Shown: positions 28,249-37,710 of the stretch, piece by piece
Position numbering within the stretch: the stretch's first letter is position 1
Layout of the letters: each line of letters begins with the position of its first letter
Assembly: GCA_965369865.1 (NCBI GenBank)
Contig: CBDURU010000005.1
Span: 1-62,187 of the forward strand
DNA length: 62,187 nt
Direction: 5' to 3'
Source of the DNA: an uncultured bacterium
GTDB lineage: Bacteria > JAJVIF01 > JAPKYR01
Made by a program: the position numbers and the translations under genes
The notes under the pieces: model-generated
Database searches by the model: none
Told to the model about the DNA's origin: nothing
Seen by the model: only the letters and a program-made list of their open reading frames with translations

Positions 28249-28329
28249 GTTTGTCCGGAGGTTACACAGCCTGTAATATTCTGACAGAGTACAGTTTTTA
28301 AAATCTATATAAAAAGGAGAGACTTAAAT

Positions 28330-28494
28330 ATGCAAAAGTACATATGCGATGTGTGCGGATGGGTTTACGATCCCGAGGCGGGTTTGCCTGATGAGGATAT
28401 CAAACCCGGTACAAAGTTCGAGGACCTTCCGGATGATTTTGTATGCCCGGAATGTGGCGTGGGCAAAGACGAATTTTCCCCGGTAGAGGAATGA
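28330..28494 (+). CDS. rub: Rubredoxin (54 aa, absent from the ORF track)
   Basis: Translated by hand: [54 protein letters not shown]; AAGGAG RBS. Confidence 0.97.
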   Translation: MQKYICDVCGWVYDPEAGLPDEDIKPGTKFEDLPDDFVCPECGVGKDEFSPVEE

Positions 28495-28527
28495 TTAGCG
28501 AATAGCAGTTCCTTAAAATTGTACTTA

Positions 28528-28553
28528 CCCCACAATCAAGTTGTGGGTTTTAT
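28528..28553 (+). terminator. Intrinsic terminator of the oxidative-stress operon
   Basis: CCCACAA-TCAAG-TTGTGGG followed by TTTT. Confidence 0.65.
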
Positions 28554-28576
28554 TATCTACTACATTGCCCCGTTGG

Positions 28577-28670
28577 TTGATTTGTTAATCCATCCCGATT
28601 AAAATAACCAAAGAGATTATGTCAGGCTTAAGTACAGCCATCCCGGTCTCGCGGGATGGCTGTTTTTATT
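28577..28670 (+). promoter_or_regulatory. Promoter plus short leader with terminator/antiterminator (pan RNA motif-like)
   Basis: TTGATT-17bp-TAAAAT (28577-28605); 12-bp perfect hairpin ACAGCCATCCCG/CGGGATGGCTGT plus T tract; 5' GAGATT can pair with GGTCTC in the hairpin loop. Confidence 0.55.
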
Positions 28671-28683
28671 TCCGGTGATATCG

Positions 28684-30336
28684 ATGGTTTTGAAAGCGTC
28701 TATACTCGCAATCTATTTTTTAATCGTCCTGGGGCTTGGATTACTCGCACGGTCCAGGATCAAGGATTCCCCGAGCCAGTATTTTCTCGCAGGCCGAGGA
28801 CTGTCTCCATTTGTTTTAATTGTCACGATGGCGGCGACCAACTTTTCCGCTTTCACCGTGTTCGGAGCGTCGGGCGCCGGTTACCGCGACGGCCTGGCAT
28901 TTTTTCCGATCATGGCTTTCGGCACCGGTTTCATGGCGCTGACATTCTGGATCATAGGGAGAAAGGTCTGGGAGATCGGAAAAGAGCATGGACTTGTGAC
29001 TCCCGCCGAACTGATTGGACATATTTATAAGAACCCGTTTCTGACCGGGCTTTTCGCGCTTGTAATGATAGTTTTTACCGTTCCATACCTGGCGATCCAG
29101 CCAATCGCGGGCGGTAAAGTGCTGAACCAGCTTTTTGAACTGCCCGAGGTCTGGGGAGCGGTTCTGATCACGGCGATAATTCTTATTTATACGCTTCGGG
29201 GCGGACTGAAGGCAGTCGCGTGGACCGATGTTTTCCAGGGTTTGCTGATGGTGATCCTGATGGTGTCGGCGCTTTTTATAGTCGCGTCGCATTATGGGGG
29301 AATCTCGAAAGGGTTGCACGATGTTCTGGAAACCAATCCTGAATTATTTTCACGTCCAGGCGGGACAGGAAAATATGTGCCGGGCATGTGGTTCGGATTT
29401 ATCCTGCTGTGGTTTTTCTGCGACCCGATGTTTCCGCAGCTTTTCCAGAGATTTTACGCCGCCAAAAATAAATCATCGCTCGCGCGGACCGCGATTTTGT
29501 ATCCAGCGATCTGCACGTTGGTTTTTATAATTCCTGTTACACTTGGAGTGCTCGGGCATATTGATTACCCTGATCTCGAGGGAAAAGCGTCCGATAATAT
29601 TATGAATTTACTCATGTCCGGGATCGCGGGTCCTTTCATGGGTACGCTTGTACTCGCGGCAGGACTGGCGGCGTTGATGAGTACGATGGATTCGCAGCTT
29701 CTCACGCTGTCATCGATTTTCACGCGAGACATTCTTCCGTTTATAACAAAGGCTAAGGATGCGGGAATTAAAAAGGATTCGGGAAACAGCCTTGCCGGTC
29801 GATGGTTTGTTGCAGTGCTTGCGATCGCGGGCCTGGCGATAGCGTTGAACCCGGTTGGAAATATTGTGGATATGGCTGTAGGGCAGGCGTTTACCGGGCT
29901 TGCGGTACTTTTTCCGTCGGTACTGTTCGGCCTGTATCTAAAAAATCCGAGAGCGATACCGGCGATTTGTTCGATTCTTCTGGGAGAGTTAGTGGTTGTT
30001 TTATACGCGATCCCGGGATTGAATATGCCGTCATTTGGATTTCTGCCGGCGGTGCCGGTGATTGGTGGGACAGTGCTGGTTTATTTCATCGTTCACATAG
30101 CCACAGGACCGATCGGTCTGCCGAAGATTGAACCGGGGAAAATCTGGTATGGTCTCGGGTTCCTGTTGATTTTTATTCTCGGGATGGATTTCTGGCGATG
30201 GAACGAGATTGGCAGTCTATGGCTCGGATGGCCGTCATGGGCATGGTATTTTGTATTTTTGAGTATATCCCAGACAGTTTTAATGTATTTCTGGATGAAG
30301 CCGGCACTTAATGACACCAGAGATCGGCAGGCTTAA
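28684..30336 (+). CDS. Sodium:solute symporter (SSS, PanF/PutP-like) with extra C-terminal two-helix domain
   Basis: YFLAGRGL, ATNFSAFT, GGLKAVAWTDVFQG, QRFYAAK, AALMSTMDSQLL. Start set at the ATG at 28684. Confidence 0.92.
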   Translation: MVLKASILAIYFLIVLGLGLLARSRIKDSPSQYFLAGRGLSPFVLIVTMAATNFSAFTVFGASGAGYRDGLAFFPIMAFGTGFMALTFWIIGRKVWEIGKEHGLVTPAELIGHIYKNPFLTGLFALVMIVFTVPYLAIQPIAGGKVLNQLFELPEVWGAVLITAIILIYTLRGGLKAVAWTDVFQGLLMVILMVSALFIVASHYGGISKGLHDVLETNPELFSRPGGTGKYVPGMWFGFILLWFFCDPMFPQLFQRFYAAKNKSSLARTAILYPAICTLVFIIPVTLGVLGHIDYPDLEGKASDNIMNLLMSGIAGPFMGTLVLAAGLAALMSTMDSQLLTLSSIFTRDILPFITKAKDAGIKKDSGNSLAGRWFVAVLAIAGLAIALNPVGNIVDMAVGQAFTGLAVLFPSVLFGLYLKNPRAIPAICSILLGELVVVLYAIPGLNMPSFGFLPAVPVIGGTVLVYFIVHIATGPIGLPKIEPGKIWYGLGFLLIFILGMDFWRWNEIGSLWLGWPSWAWYFVFLSISQTVLMYFWMKPALNDTRDRQA

Positions 30337-30369
30337 CTTGACCCTTATGGCGATCTTCCATATCCTGTC

Positions 30370-32085
30370 ATGTGCAGTACTCCAGCGCAGGATGGTATGG
30401 ACGATAAGCCTCTAACAAAATTTCAATTCCCGACAATTGCTACGTGCCCCGTCGATTCAGGCATCTGTTTTCTGATTCCACACCTGCCTTACTTAATTCC
30501 GGTATTGATCCTCCTCTACTTCCGGACTCATTTCCCTGCGATAATTTGCGACGACGCTTTCATCACGATGAAATCCGCGTTGAACCTTGCAGAGGGCCGC
30601 GGATTTACATTTAACCTGGATCAACGTATCTGGCTTGTCACGACCCCGGTCTGGGCGTTCCTGCTTGCACTGGGACGGTTCATCACGACCGACATAATTC
30701 TCTCGGTAAAAATGTGGGGTGTATTTTTCGAGATTTGTTTCATCCTGAGTGTAGTCCGGCTTGGAAATCTGCTCTCAGGAAACAAGTGGACCGGGATGTT
30801 GCTGGGTGTGCTGATGGTAACGAACCCGGTATATATGTACGCGAGTTTCAGCGGCATGGAAATTTCGCTTTCGATGTTTGTAATTACACTTTCGCTTATC
30901 CTGCTTTTTAAAAAACAGTATACATGGAGCCTGGTTGCGGCGGTGTTCGCGGTCTGGGTTCGGTTCGATGGGCTGCTGATTTTCGGAGTTATCCTGGTAT
31001 CGGTGATAATGCTTCAGTGGAAAGAGATATCAAAATCGCCGGGTAAACTTATCAGGGAGGTACTTCCATCCATTGTGATGCTGGGCCTGTACTTCCTTCT
31101 CGGGTATTTATATTTCGGTGACATCATCCCGACAAGTGTCCAGGCGAAATACATCCATGGCGCGAGGATGTTCTCGCAAGAATGGAATGAAGGCGTAATA
31201 ATTGTAATCAGAGAGTTCGGGAAGGTGTTTATGGGTGAATCGGGACGATGGTTTGTCGCGGTGACGCCGTTCTGGATAATGATTATTCCTTTAATGATCG
31301 GAATATTCCGTTTGTCGATATTGAGTAACCGGGATGTGAAACCCCTGGTGGTTTTCACAGTGCTCTACGCGACAGGTTTTATCGCAAGTGGAAATTTCTA
31401 CGCGCAGTTCTTCCCCTGGTATTTCGTGCCGGTTCTCCCTGGAATTTACTACATTGTCGCAATTGGCCTTACATGGCTTATTGAATTAATAGCCGGCTTG
31501 TTTGTTAAAGCAAAAGACAGGGCAGGGGAGTCAGCAAGGCTGAAATCAGTATTAATAGGTGTTCCAGGCTTAATTACAATCGTGCTGGTATTGATCTGGA
31601 CAAGTATTATGCTGGGCCCGCTGAAATTCGACGGGAATCATTTTAAGGCAGCATCGGATCTAAGGGAGCGTTCGTATGCCGCCGCAACACTCTGGCTTGG
31701 AAATCACCTTGAAGATAGTGCGATGATCTCATCGCTCGAAATTGGCGTCATCGGATTTTATGCCCGTCCGGACATTGAAATCCAGGACCTGTTTGGAATT
31801 CTCAGGATCAGGGAAGAGCGGTGGATCAATGGGATCGACCTCATACGAATTCACCAGCCTGAAGCAGTGATAATTCTCCAGCCGTTCCTGCTTCCGGAGT
31901 TCATGGATGAGGACATGTTCGCGAATTACGAGGCCACAAGGCGCAACTACAACTGGTTTGAGTTCAAGGGTCTTGAGATCGGACTCTGGCACACTCTTGA
32001 TGCTCCATTGATTGATACTGATCTGGATGAACTCAGTGAGCTTTATGAGAACGTTGATATGGAGAGGGAATATGTGTGGTTTTGA
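30370..32085 (+). CDS. GT-C-like multi-pass membrane protein (probable polyprenol-phosphate-sugar glycosyltransferase)
   Basis: DDAFIT...NLAEGRGFTFN, SGMEI, VRFDG, IIPTSVQAK, EIGVIGFY...DLFG. Confidence 0.7.
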   Translation: MCSTPAQDGMDDKPLTKFQFPTIATCPVDSGICFLIPHLPYLIPVLILLYFRTHFPAIICDDAFITMKSALNLAEGRGFTFNLDQRIWLVTTPVWAFLLALGRFITTDIILSVKMWGVFFEICFILSVVRLGNLLSGNKWTGMLLGVLMVTNPVYMYASFSGMEISLSMFVITLSLILLFKKQYTWSLVAAVFAVWVRFDGLLIFGVILVSVIMLQWKEISKSPGKLIREVLPSIVMLGLYFLLGYLYFGDIIPTSVQAKYIHGARMFSQEWNEGVIIVIREFGKVFMGESGRWFVAVTPFWIMIIPLMIGIFRLSILSNRDVKPLVVFTVLYATGFIASGNFYAQFFPWYFVPVLPGIYYIVAIGLTWLIELIAGLFVKAKDRAGESARLKSVLIGVPGLITIVLVLIWTSIMLGPLKFDGNHFKAASDLRERSYAAATLWLGNHLEDSAMISSLEIGVIGFYARPDIEIQDLFGILRIREERWINGIDLIRIHQPEAVIILQPFLLPEFMDEDMFANYEATRRNYNWFEFKGLEIGLWHTLDAPLIDTDLDELSELYENVDMEREYVWF

Positions 32086-32111
32086 AACCCCCATCGGAGG
32101 GAATGTTGAAA

Positions 32112-33263
32112 TTAACCCTCCTCAAGCGGTCTTACTTCAAACCGGGTCAATTTTTGAAATTCCTCGACTTCTTCTTTTGACGGAACCAGTACAATTGCTT
32201 CTTCATCCGGGACCAAGGACAGGTCCACATCCCCGATAGACCTCCATTCCTGCTCCTTCGGCCAGTCCCCTTTACCATAGCCCTGTGTTAATTCGGGCGC
32301 GATATCGGCATCATTTCTGTCTTCGTCCGGTCCGGAATATTTCACAAGCCTGATTCCCATTTTCATCGCTGGCCGATAGAAAATCGCGATTCCATACGGC
32401 TCGAATGTCGGACGCACATACCGTTTCCGCCATTTCATTAATTTAAGGGCATCGCATGGTTCAAGCGATGTAAGCGCAACAACGGGAGTTTCGTTACGAA
32501 TGTGGCTCCCGGACGCTCTCAATCGATTCTCAGCGAGAATCCGTTTCAGGGTGCACGAGGCGGATCGTGGATACTCAGTCCGGGAATTTACGATGGCGCG
32601 GAAAAAATCCGATGATTTCTCACCGGGCCATGGCTTGTAGGTCCGGCATGTCCAGTGTGTGAGATGGTACCAGTTGAGAAAAACAGGACATGATTCGGGT
32701 ACTACCAGCTTCGTTCTTTCTTTTGGGCCTGGCTTGTAACCGGTTTTAAAAATCAAATCGACGGATTTTTCGGATTTATCCAGCTCTTTCCCGATCAATG
32801 TATCAAGGCAGCCGCCATCCCTGATGCTTACGGGCAGAATGTTCCCCGCAATCTCAAACGCAAGTTGATCTCTATCTGTCCACCATGATTTTTCCGACCG
32901 TGAATTTTGGGGAACCGGGATGAATGCCCAGGTGTGGTTATCGGGATTAAGGTTGAAATCGCATGAGATTTTCTCGATTGAATTTTCAATTGAGCCGGTT
33001 GATTTAACCGGGCAAATTATAATTCCCCGACCGTTGAACTCACCAATAGACCATAAAATGAGTTCCCATGTATTCATACCGATTGACGCAATTAATGGAC
33101 GACCGTTACCAATTAAATGTTTGCAGGCATCGACAGAATTGCGGACCCACTCATCGGATCCGAGGGGTGTTTTAGTCTGCCTGGAATTCAGTATCAGTGC
33201 TGGACTCTGCTTAAAAAGGGAAACATCCCCTTTTAGAATGATTTTAGAACTTGCGTTAATCAT
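32112..33263 (-). CDS. Hypothetical two-domain protein (SLOG/DprA-like N-terminus, AbiGi/ART-like C-terminus)
   Basis: Clean 383-aa ORF; RDQLAFEIA..ILPVSIRDGG, then HLTHWT...LKRILAENRL...VVALTS...FEPYGIAI...EQEWR. The fold assignment is an inference. Confidence 0.5.
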   Translation of the reverse strand: MINASSKIILKGDVSLFKQSPALILNSRQTKTPLGSDEWVRNSVDACKHLIGNGRPLIASIGMNTWELILWSIGEFNGRGIIICPVKSTGSIENSIEKISCDFNLNPDNHTWAFIPVPQNSRSEKSWWTDRDQLAFEIAGNILPVSIRDGGCLDTLIGKELDKSEKSVDLIFKTGYKPGPKERTKLVVPESCPVFLNWYHLTHWTCRTYKPWPGEKSSDFFRAIVNSRTEYPRSASCTLKRILAENRLRASGSHIRNETPVVALTSLEPCDALKLMKWRKRYVRPTFEPYGIAIFYRPAMKMGIRLVKYSGPDEDRNDADIAPELTQGYGKGDWPKEQEWRSIGDVDLSLVPDEEAIVLVPSKEEVEEFQKLTRFEVRPLEEG

Positions 33264-33392
33264 ATGTCAGGTTCCTTAGCAAACTTTTGATGTCAGAAGT
33301 CACGAGACATATTCTTAACGGTTGGGAGGATGCAAATCTGACAGAAAAAATGGGGGAATGAGGATTTTTTATGGATATTAAACCTGCGAAGA

Positions 33393-33414
33393 TTTACCTT
33401 GACGTTCACGTAAA
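33393..33414 (+). promoter_or_regulatory. LiuR operator
   Basis: TTGACGTTCACGTAAA (33399-33414) fits the LiuR palindrome TTTACGT-NN-ACGTAAA, with an overlapping TTTACCTTGACGT. Lies just upstream of liuR. Confidence 0.8.
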
Positions 33415-33453
33415 TTTCATATAAGGTTTTATGTACTCACGGAGTTTCATCTA

Positions 33454-33870
33454 ATGGACGAGACATACAGCATCAGTCAGCTCGCGAAAGAGTTCGACAT
33501 CACGACGCGCAGCATCCGTCATTACGAGGATTTCGGACTCGTATCGCCTTCCCGCAAAGGCAAGACACGCATATACGACAGGAAAGACAAGATACGTTTG
33601 AAGTTGACGTTGAGAGGTAAACGGCTGGGTTTCCCACTTGCAGAAATCAAAGAACTTCTGGATATGTATGATACCTCCAATTCAAATAAAAACAGGCAGC
33701 TACTTGCGACAATCGCAAAGATTGAACAAAAAAAATCCGAACTCGAGCAGCAATTATTAGACATTCGGGAAATACAGGATGAGCTGGATCTTGCCGAGGT
33801 AAGGTGTCGCACCGCGCTTGAGAAAAATTCGAGAAACAACCGCCGTAAAAAATTATCTTCTGAAAAATAG
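33454..33870 (+). CDS. liuR: MerR-family regulator LiuR
   Basis: YSISQLAKEFDITTRSIRHYED.GL..P.R.G..RIY...D.IRLKLTLRGKRLGF; operon context. Confidence 0.92.
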   Translation: MDETYSISQLAKEFDITTRSIRHYEDFGLVSPSRKGKTRIYDRKDKIRLKLTLRGKRLGFPLAEIKELLDMYDTSNSNKNRQLLATIAKIEQKKSELEQQLLDIREIQDELDLAEVRCRTALEKNSRNNRRKKLSSEK

Positions 33871-33897
33871 TCAACCAATTCAGATAAAGGAAGAGAC

Positions 33898-35073
33898 ATG
33901 AACTCAACGTACTCCAACCTGAATTTCGGGCTTGGTGAGGATATCGACATAGTCAGGGAGCAGGTTAATCACTTTGCGGCCAATGAGATCGCTCCTCGTG
34001 CCGAAGCGATCGATATCGATAACAATTTTCCACCGGACTTATGGCTTAAACTCGGCGAGATGGGACTGCTTGGTATTACAGTTGATGAGAAATACGGTGG
34101 TTCCGCCATGAATTACCTTACGCATGTGGTTGTCATGGAGGAAATCAGCCGGGCGAGTGCTTCAATCGGGCTGAGTTACGGTGCGCATTCAAACCTTTGT
34201 GTGAATCAGATTTACATCAATGGGACTGACGCTCAGAAAGATAAATACCTTCCCAAATTAATCACCGGCGAACATGTCGGCGCCCTCGCCATGAGCGAAC
34301 CGAATTCGGGTTCCGATGTAGTCAGCATGGCTACATCCGCGAAGAAAGAAGGCGATAAATATATTCTGAACGGCACGAAGATGTGGATCACAAACGGTCC
34401 GGATGCCGATGTGTCAGTCGTCTACGCGAAAACCGATTCCACTAAAGGGGCATGGGGACTTACTACTTTCATAGTTGAAAAAGGTTTCCCCGGATTCTCG
34501 TGTGCGCAGAAACTCGACAAGCTCGGCATGCGCGGATCGAATACGGGTGAACTGGTTTTTGAAAATTGCCTGGTTCCGGAGGAGAATATTCTCGGCGAGG
34601 TGGATAAAGGCGTTGCCGTTTTAATGAGCGGGCTGGATTACGAACGCGTTATATTGTCCGGTGGTCCAATCGGCATTATGCAGGCCTGCATGGATGTCGT
34701 CGTGCCCTACATTCATCACCGCGAACAGTTCGGCCAGCCAATCGGTGAATTCGAGTTGATCCAGGGCAAGATCGCCGATATGTACACAAAGATGAACGCG
34801 AGCCGTGCCTATGTTTATTCAGTCGCCGCCGCATGCGACCGCGGGGAAGCCACTCGTAAGGATTCCGCCGGCGTGATTTTATACAGCGCGGAACGTGCGA
34901 CGGAGATGGCTCTCGACGCCATTCAAATTCTTGGCGCGAACGGTTACATCAATGAATTCCCGACCGGACGGCTGCTTCGGGACGCCAAGTGTTACGAAAT
35001 CGGAGCGGGAACATCGGAGATTCGCCGTATGCTGATCGGACGTGAAATATTTAAAGAGTCGAAAGTGCAATGA
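33898..35073 (+). CDS. liuA: Isovaleryl-CoA dehydrogenase
   Basis: [44 protein letters not shown]. Confidence 0.96.
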   Translation: MNSTYSNLNFGLGEDIDIVREQVNHFAANEIAPRAEAIDIDNNFPPDLWLKLGEMGLLGITVDEKYGGSAMNYLTHVVVMEEISRASASIGLSYGAHSNLCVNQIYINGTDAQKDKYLPKLITGEHVGALAMSEPNSGSDVVSMATSAKKEGDKYILNGTKMWITNGPDADVSVVYAKTDSTKGAWGLTTFIVEKGFPGFSCAQKLDKLGMRGSNTGELVFENCLVPEENILGEVDKGVAVLMSGLDYERVILSGGPIGIMQACMDVVVPYIHHREQFGQPIGEFELIQGKIADMYTKMNASRAYVYSVAAACDRGEATRKDSAGVILYSAERATEMALDAIQILGANGYINEFPTGRLLRDAKCYEIGAGTSEIRRMLIGREIFKESKVQ

Positions 35074-35112
35074 AATTTTTGCCAGTAAAACTTTCAATCC
35101 GGGAAACGTGTA

Positions 35113-36720
35113 ATGCCGGTTATAAAGACAAAAATTAACACTAATTCATCCGAGTTTCTTGAGAATGTCAGGGCGATGGATGATGTCGTAAAGGAACTTA
35201 AAGATACCATCGCCATGATTAAGGAGGGTGGCAGCGAGAAAAGCCGCAAGCGGCATGAATCGCGCGGCAAACTTATGGCCAGGGAGAGGATCGATCTCCT
35301 GATAGACCCGGGGTCCCCATTTCTTGAATTTTCACAACTAGCAGCGCATGAGATTTATAAAGACCATACTCCCGCAGCCGGGATTATCACTGGAATCGGA
35401 CGGGTCAACGGCCAGGAATGCCTGATTATCGCCAACGACGCGACTGTAAAAGGCGGATCATACCTGCCGCTTACGGTAAAAAAACATGTCCGTGCCCAGA
35501 CAATTGCTGAAGAAAATAACCTTCCCTGCATTTACCTTGTCGACTCAGGTGGCGCATTTTTACCTCGCCAGGCCGATGTTTTTCCCGACAGGGAACATTT
35601 TGGAAGGATCTTTTACAACCAGGCGATGATGTCCTCGAAGGATATCCCTCAAATCGCGGTTGTCATGGGTTTATGTACGGCGGGCGGGGCATATGTCCCG
35701 GCCATGTCGGATGAGGCGATTATTGTTAAGAACCAGGGCACGATCTACCTTGGCGGCCCCCCGCTTGTAAAGGCGGCGACCGGAGAAATTGTAAGCGCGG
35801 AGGAACTCGGCGGCGCGGACGTGCACTGCAAGATATCCGGTGTGGCGGATTATTATGCCCAGGATGACAGGCACGCGTTACAACTCGCCCGGGCATGTAT
35901 TGCCAGGCTTAACAGAAAAAAGAATATCCCCCTCGACATCCGGGAGAGCCGTGAGCCGCTGTACCCCGCTGAGGAAATTTACGGAATAGTCGGCACCGAC
36001 CTTCGCAAGTCCTACGATGTCAGGGAGGTAATCGCGCGAATCGTCGATGGCTCGGAGTTTGATGAATTCAAGGAATTATTCGGGACTACACTGATCACGG
36101 GCTATGCCCGCATTCATGGTTATCCTGTCGGGATTCTCGCCAACAACGGAATTCTATTTTCAGAATCAGCCCAGAAAGGCGCTCATTTCATCGAAGTCTG
36201 CTCGCAGCGTAAAATCCCTCTCGTCTTCCTCCAGAACATAACAGGATTCATGGTTGGGAGGATTTACGAGGCCGGTGGGATCGCGAAACATGGCGCCAAG
36301 ATGGTAACCGCGGTTTCGTGCGCGAACGTCCCGAAATTCACCGTTATTATCGGCGGTAGTTTCGGGGCTGGAAATTACGGCATGTGCGGCAGGGGTTACG
36401 ATCCCAATTTCCTCTGGATGTGGCCGAACGGCCGAATTTCCGTAATGGGTGGAGAACAGGCTGCCGGGGTACTCGCGCAGGTTAAAAAAGATAATCTCGA
36501 AAGGGCGGGGGAAAGCTGGACCGAAGAGGAAGAGAAGGCTTTTAAACAGCCTATCCTGGACATGTATGATGAACAGGGACATCCGTTCTTCGCGAGCGCC
36601 AGGCTGTGGGATGATGGAATAATCGATCCTGCCCAGACCAGAACAGTACTCGGGCTGTGTATTTCAGCATCACTCAACGCTCCGGTCGAAGATACGAAAT
36701 TCGGGGTATTCCGCATGTGA
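35113..36720 (+). CDS. liuB: 3-methylcrotonyl-CoA carboxylase beta (carboxyltransferase) subunit
   Basis: [44 protein letters not shown]. Confidence 0.96.
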   Translation: MPVIKTKINTNSSEFLENVRAMDDVVKELKDTIAMIKEGGSEKSRKRHESRGKLMARERIDLLIDPGSPFLEFSQLAAHEIYKDHTPAAGIITGIGRVNGQECLIIANDATVKGGSYLPLTVKKHVRAQTIAEENNLPCIYLVDSGGAFLPRQADVFPDREHFGRIFYNQAMMSSKDIPQIAVVMGLCTAGGAYVPAMSDEAIIVKNQGTIYLGGPPLVKAATGEIVSAEELGGADVHCKISGVADYYAQDDRHALQLARACIARLNRKKNIPLDIRESREPLYPAEEIYGIVGTDLRKSYDVREVIARIVDGSEFDEFKELFGTTLITGYARIHGYPVGILANNGILFSESAQKGAHFIEVCSQRKIPLVFLQNITGFMVGRIYEAGGIAKHGAKMVTAVSCANVPKFTVIIGGSFGAGNYGMCGRGYDPNFLWMWPNGRISVMGGEQAAGVLAQVKKDNLERAGESWTEEEEKAFKQPILDMYDEQGHPFFASARLWDDGIIDPAQTRTVLGLCISASLNAPVEDTKFGVFRM

Positions 36721-36781
36721 TGGTCCCTGTGCGACAGCGGAATTAAGGTGCTGCGCATGGTTCGTGAATTATAAAAAATAT

Positions 36782-36834
36782 GTAGGAACGCTGCTTGCTG
36801 CGTCCCCGATGGGCAGAGCAAGCACTGCCCCTAC
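36782..36834. repeat. GTAG...CTAC REP doublet inside the liu operon
   Basis: GTAGGAACGCTGCTTGCTGCGTCC-CCGAT-GGGCAGAGCAAGCACTGCCCCTAC. Confidence 0.75.
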
Positions 36835-36887
36835 AAGGAAATTCTGAATCAACACGCAGGTTAGTAAGGTGAGGATCAGGTCGTAAA

Positions 36888-37676
36888 ATGTCAGAGAATA
36901 CAGTATTAATGAAAATTGCCGATAATGGTGTGGCGACTGTCACTCTCAATCGCCCTGACGTTCACAACGCGTTCGATGATGCCACCATTTCACACCTGAT
37001 AGATATCCTCGATGAAATCCAGGATAACCCGGATGTGCGAATTGTTGTACTTCGCTCGAATGGCAAGAGTTTTTCCGCTGGCGCAGATCTTAACTGGATG
37101 CGCAGGATGGTTAAGAATTCTTACGAGGATAATCTTGATGACGCGTCCCGGCTTGCGCTGCTAATGAAGAAACTGAATTTCCTCCCGAAACCGACAATAG
37201 CACTGGTCCAGGGAGCCGCGTTTGGCGGTGCGGTTGGATTAATCGCATGCTGCGATATCGCTATCGCGAGTGAAAAAGCGATGTTCAGATTCAGTGAAGT
37301 GAAAATTGGAATTATCCCCGCGACGGTCAGTCCTTATGTTGTGGCCGCAATCGGCGAGAGGGCGGCACGACGTTATTTCCAGACTGCCGAACGTTTTGAC
37401 AGTAAAGAAGCTCACAGGATCGGACTGATTCACAGGGTGGTCGAGCATGAAAGTCTGGATGAAGCCTGCAATGCAATGATTGAAAATCTCTTGAGTAACA
37501 GCCCTGCAGCGGTAGTTGAAGCTAAATCACTTGTATTTCGTGTCGCAAGGGGGGAAATCGATCAGGAGATGATCGATGATACCTCGGTACGCATCGCGTC
37601 GATCAGGATATCGGATGAAGGACAGGAAGGGTTAACAGCATTTCTTGAAAAACGAAAACCAAACTGGATTAAATAA
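36888..37676 (+). CDS. liuC: Methylglutaconyl-CoA hydratase
   Basis: LNRPDVHNAFD, FSAGADLNWM, AFGGAVGL, SEVKIGIIPA; operon context. Confidence 0.92.
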   Translation: MSENTVLMKIADNGVATVTLNRPDVHNAFDDATISHLIDILDEIQDNPDVRIVVLRSNGKSFSAGADLNWMRRMVKNSYEDNLDDASRLALLMKKLNFLPKPTIALVQGAAFGGAVGLIACCDIAIASEKAMFRFSEVKIGIIPATVSPYVVAAIGERAARRYFQTAERFDSKEAHRIGLIHRVVEHESLDEACNAMIENLLSNSPAAVVEAKSLVFRVARGEIDQEMIDDTSVRIASIRISDEGQEGLTAFLEKRKPNWIK

Positions 37677-37710
37677 TTACTGGAATAATGGTTTTAATAC
37701 AGGCTACTAA

